A DNA stretch of 64,000 bases from an uncultured Gammaproteobacteria bacterium (GTDB taxonomy: Bacteria > Patescibacteriota > Microgenomatia > Daviesbacterales > UBA10151). A program made the position numbers and the translations under genes. Under the pieces are notes generated by a model, which had not been told where the DNA came from, did no database searches, and was given only the letters and a program-made list of their open reading frames with translations. Of the stretch, positions 61,385-64,000 are shown piece by piece; position 1 is the first letter of the stretch, and every line of letters starts with the position of its first letter. The DNA is taken from the NCBI GenBank assembly GCA_964500725.1, contig CAZCNP010000001.1, forward strand, positions 64,766-128,765. The letters are read 5' to 3'.

Positions 61385-62273
61385 ATTTTCATATCTTAAT
61401 CCTTATACACCAATCTGTAAAATTTTATCATCATAGGTTAGCATGAATATCTTACTTGTAATGCTGATTACAAGAATAATACCAAGGCTAAATAGGTATT
61501 GTCAAGCATGAAATTAACAATAAGCTATATAATATTTAAGGGGTTGAAGTAATGTTAGATCATTACCAGTGGGTGGATCCTTACGGGGTGAAACTATTAA
61601 CACTATGAAGGCATTCTTACCCCTTTCTTTCCTATCTGAGCCTGCTCAGGCGCGAGGCCCTGGAAGGCCTCAAAAACGGCTTATTGGGGAGTAGGAGCTA
61701 TATACCTTCATCCAAAGTTTAGATTGTTATAGAGGGCCAAACTAAACATTAGTATAAAATAAAAAACTCCGGAATATAACTTAAAAAATTTGGACGGGAA
61801 TAACACAAAAATATGTACCAATAAAAGTTTATAATTCCTACCTTTTGTTCGCTTTATATTTCAACCAATCAGTCAAAGCAGGTCTCCTCCGTCAAAATGT
61901 ATATATCTCATATTGTACGACATCAAATGTAGGGAATTCACAACAATTCTCTAAAAGAGAAGAGAAGATCTAAGCAAGAGCTCGATATAAACAAACTCAT
62001 TACACTCATAAATAAAACAACACCATTACTGCTAACAGAGCAGACCTCTCCTCTAAGCAAGCTTCGGGTATTGTAAGAAGGAAACTAGCAGTTATCCACA
62101 AACGGTGACAATACAGGCACAAGTAGACCCCATAGTTTTTCTTCTTTGTGCCTATCAACTATATCATTCTATATCATTTATTCTTTTCACGAAAATACCC
62201 TATAATTTTTCACGACTCTACTCTGACTTTAGAGTTTTAATACTTCCCCACTTCCCCATCTTTATTGTATTTT

Positions 62274-62308
62274 AATTGTCAATTCTCAACTTTCAATTCT
62301 CAATTTAT
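62274..62308. repeat. (aaYtNtc)x5 imperfect heptanucleotide tract at the edge of the ORF-free region
   Basis: aattgtc aattctc aactttc aattctc aatttat. Confidence 0.6.
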
Positions 62309-62309
62309 T

Positions 62310-63092
62310 CTATCCACTCCAAGAAGTTGTAAAAAGACTAACAAAAAAGATTGCTGCCCCTATAAACGCATACTCCCAAATAATCCTTTGATTCAGCCTC
62401 CCCCTCAGATGCTGCGTAGTTAAGCCTAATAAGACATAAAGAGCTGTTGCCAAAGACAAAGCCTTTATGGTGATTGGAGAAGGCCAAAATGAAAAGCTCA
62501 AAGAAAGTTCCCCCAAAACCAAACTCAAAATTAAACTTTGAACTAGAATAGGCATATTTATTCTATCTTCCATATTAATAGACCAAAGTGTTTGCAGAAT
62601 CAGCAGGAAGCTTACTGCAAATACCACTACCCCATTCCAGAAAAACATCATGTTAAAAGCCAAAATTACATGATAAATAAAAAATGCTGAAAGCAAAGTA
62701 AAAAGAAGGCTGGTAGTTGAGGCTGCTCTATATAAAGGAATAGTCCTTAAGCTAGCCACGTTAAAGACGTTTTGGGCCAGCAGTAACAAATAAAAGGTCA
62801 AGCCAAAAACAAAAGCTACAGGCAGCCTGGTCAACCATCTAACTGGTAATAAAAAGTAAAAACTTGCCACAGCCACAGTAAAAAAAGTGGGTAAAATCAT
62901 CAGCACAATAGCCTTCGTAATATTTAAACCCTCCCAAAGAGACCAGAGCGAAAGAGCATATGCCAAAACTGCCAACCCTCCCAAAAATTTAAACCTTAAA
63001 TTAAAATCAACCATTTGTGTTGATAAAAGTCCTATAGTTAAAATAATGGCAGAGATAACTATTTTTTGTCTTTTATTTAGGCCTGGATTCAT
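62310..63092 (-). CDS. polytopic membrane protein (hypothetical)
   Basis: Seven or eight TM helices. Confidence 0.5.
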   Translation of the reverse strand: MNPGLNKRQKIVISAIILTIGLLSTQMVDFNLRFKFLGGLAVLAYALSLWSLWEGLNITKAIVLMILPTFFTVAVASFYFLLPVRWLTRLPVAFVFGLTFYLLLLAQNVFNVASLRTIPLYRAASTTSLLFTLLSAFFIYHVILAFNMMFFWNGVVVFAVSFLLILQTLWSINMEDRINMPILVQSLILSLVLGELSLSFSFWPSPITIKALSLATALYVLLGLTTQHLRGRLNQRIIWEYAFIGAAIFFVSLFTTSWSG

Positions 63093-63101
63093 AGAGAGAC
63101 C

Positions 63102-63635
63102 TTACTTAGCCACCAGTTTTAACACATGACAAATAGCTATTGCCAAAGCATCTGTGGCATCATCCAAATGACCACCCTTCCTGTTAACTTTTAACTTATT
63201 TCTTTTTCTGCCATTAGTTCCTAAAAATTTCCTCACTCCTTCATGGACCTGATTTTTATCAGCCCTGCCTGAACCAGCCACCATTAGCTTTACCTGCAAG
63301 CCTGTATAGTCTTGAAAAGGCAATCTATTTTGAGCAGCTGTTAACATAATAACTCCCCTAGCCTGACCTACCATAATAGCTGTTCTGGTATTAGCCCCAA
63401 AAAATAACATCTCACACACCATCTGATCTGGCTGATACTTTTTAATCACATCGCTAAGCTCTCTATGAATCATGCTCAACCTGTCCTGCATTAATTTATC
63501 TTTAGGAGTGCTGATATTTCCATAAGTAATAAGCTCAATATCATAATCAAACTCTCTGCCGATAATGTCATCAGGCACTTTGATAATTCCATATCCAGTT
63601 GTAGCAGTTCCAGGATCAATCCCTAATATAATCAT
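63102..63635 (-). CDS. ruvC: crossover junction endodeoxyribonuclease RuvC
   Basis: MIILGIDPGTATTGYGII and C-terminal DALAIAICH. Confidence 0.85.
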   Translation of the reverse strand: MIILGIDPGTATTGYGIIKVPDDIIGREFDYDIELITYGNISTPKDKLMQDRLSMIHRELSDVIKKYQPDQMVCEMLFFGANTRTAIMVGQARGVIMLTAAQNRLPFQDYTGLQVKLMVAGSGRADKNQVHEGVRKFLGTNGRKRNKLKVNRKGGHLDDATDALAIAICHVLKLVAK

Positions 63636-64000
63636 AAAGTTAGGTCAAAATTTGTGTATACTTTTTGCACATCATCTAAATCCTCTAACCTTTCTGCAAA
63701 TTCTAGTACTTTTTTAGCAGATTCTGAATCATTTATTGTTACTAAAATGTTTGGTTTATAGACTAATCCTTGTGACTCTACTCCATACCCTCCCTGAGTA
63801 ATTTTATTACCCATAGTATTTAGTTCTGAGCTTTCTGTATATACCAAATACTTTTGTATATTATCCTCCAAATAATCCTCCACATCCTTTGCTCCCAAAT
63901 CTATAAGCTCTAACATTTCATCCTCTACTCCTCCACCTTTACTAACTACTTTAATCTCCCCACACCTATCAAACATATATGAAACACTTCCCTGTCCACC
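63632..64000 (-). CDS. yebC: YebC/PmpR-family transcriptional regulator, C-terminal half. The N-terminus lies beyond the window end.
   Basis: ...DDVQKVYTNFDL C-terminus; the frame is open to the window end. Confidence 0.7.
   Translation of the reverse strand, partial: GGQGSVSYMFDRCGEIKVVSKGGGVEDEMLELIDLGAKDVEDYLEDNIQKYLVYTESSELNTMGNKITQGGYGVESQGLVYKPNILVTINDSESAKKVLEFAERLEDLDDVQKVYTNFDLTL

Noticed and set aside
61385-62309. tRNA, tmRNA or RNase P RNA in the ORF-free region
   Set aside because: I found no T-loop (GGTTCGANTCC), tmRNA tag/ACCA end or P4 (GGAAAGTCCGG) signature on either strand by eye. A weak 'cggcttattgg' resemblance to the RNase P 3' region is insufficient.

Overview
The window is low-GC (~35-38%), gene-dense bacterial DNA using the standard genetic code (TGA is a stop codon). 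Gene content and style suggest a Candidate Phyla Radiation / Patescibacteria-like genome. All gene calls are by eye from the translations; no database search was possible.

Layout:
- 1-3.9 kb: housekeeping block (recG 3' end, rpmF, nusB, an ACP-like gene, rnc, rpsP, a KH-domain gene, trmD).
- 3.9-28.8 kb: a very large minus-strand type IV pilus (T4P) locus. It carries pilO-pilN-pilM, two PilX-N-domain proteins, at least 13 pilin-like genes, pilD, pilC, pilT and pilB. Some pilins carry C-terminal LamG or thrombospondin type-1 (TSP1) domains. Accessory modules are embedded in it: a PIN/RHH toxin-antitoxin pair, a NYN-domain gene, a GIY-YIG nuclease gene, and three AbiEii-like nucleotidyltransferase pairs.
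- 28.9-42.7 kb: second housekeeping block (holB, gyrB, serC-like, hicBA, murC, murI, murD, alr, ddl, def, gyrA).
- 42.9-48.6 kb: a compositionally atypical 585-aa ORF of unknown function, a Ca-type P-type ATPase and small membrane proteins.
- 48.6-61.4 kb: a surface-protein island bounded by two tyrosine recombinases, with cohesin-like and dockerin-like secreted proteins, TSP1 repeats and a 1094-aa multidomain protein.
- 61.4-62.3 kb: an ORF-free 0.9-kb stretch.
- 62.3-64 kb: a membrane protein, ruvC and a partial yebC.

Most unusual observations:
1. The AbiEii-like cassettes and the GIY-YIG gene sit between duplicated copies of their insertion targets (pilin 5' ends, pilD 3' end). That layout suggests a mobile, target-duplicating cassette.
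2. A perfect 21-bp palindrome (30-nt near-identical element) lies in-frame inside holB, murC and murD.
3. An 11-bp-stem hairpin inside pilin leader-coding sequence is conserved at the DNA level in different reading frames.
4. Tracts of 4-5 tandem heptanucleotides occur at nine or more loci, including over the start codon and leader of a minor pilin.
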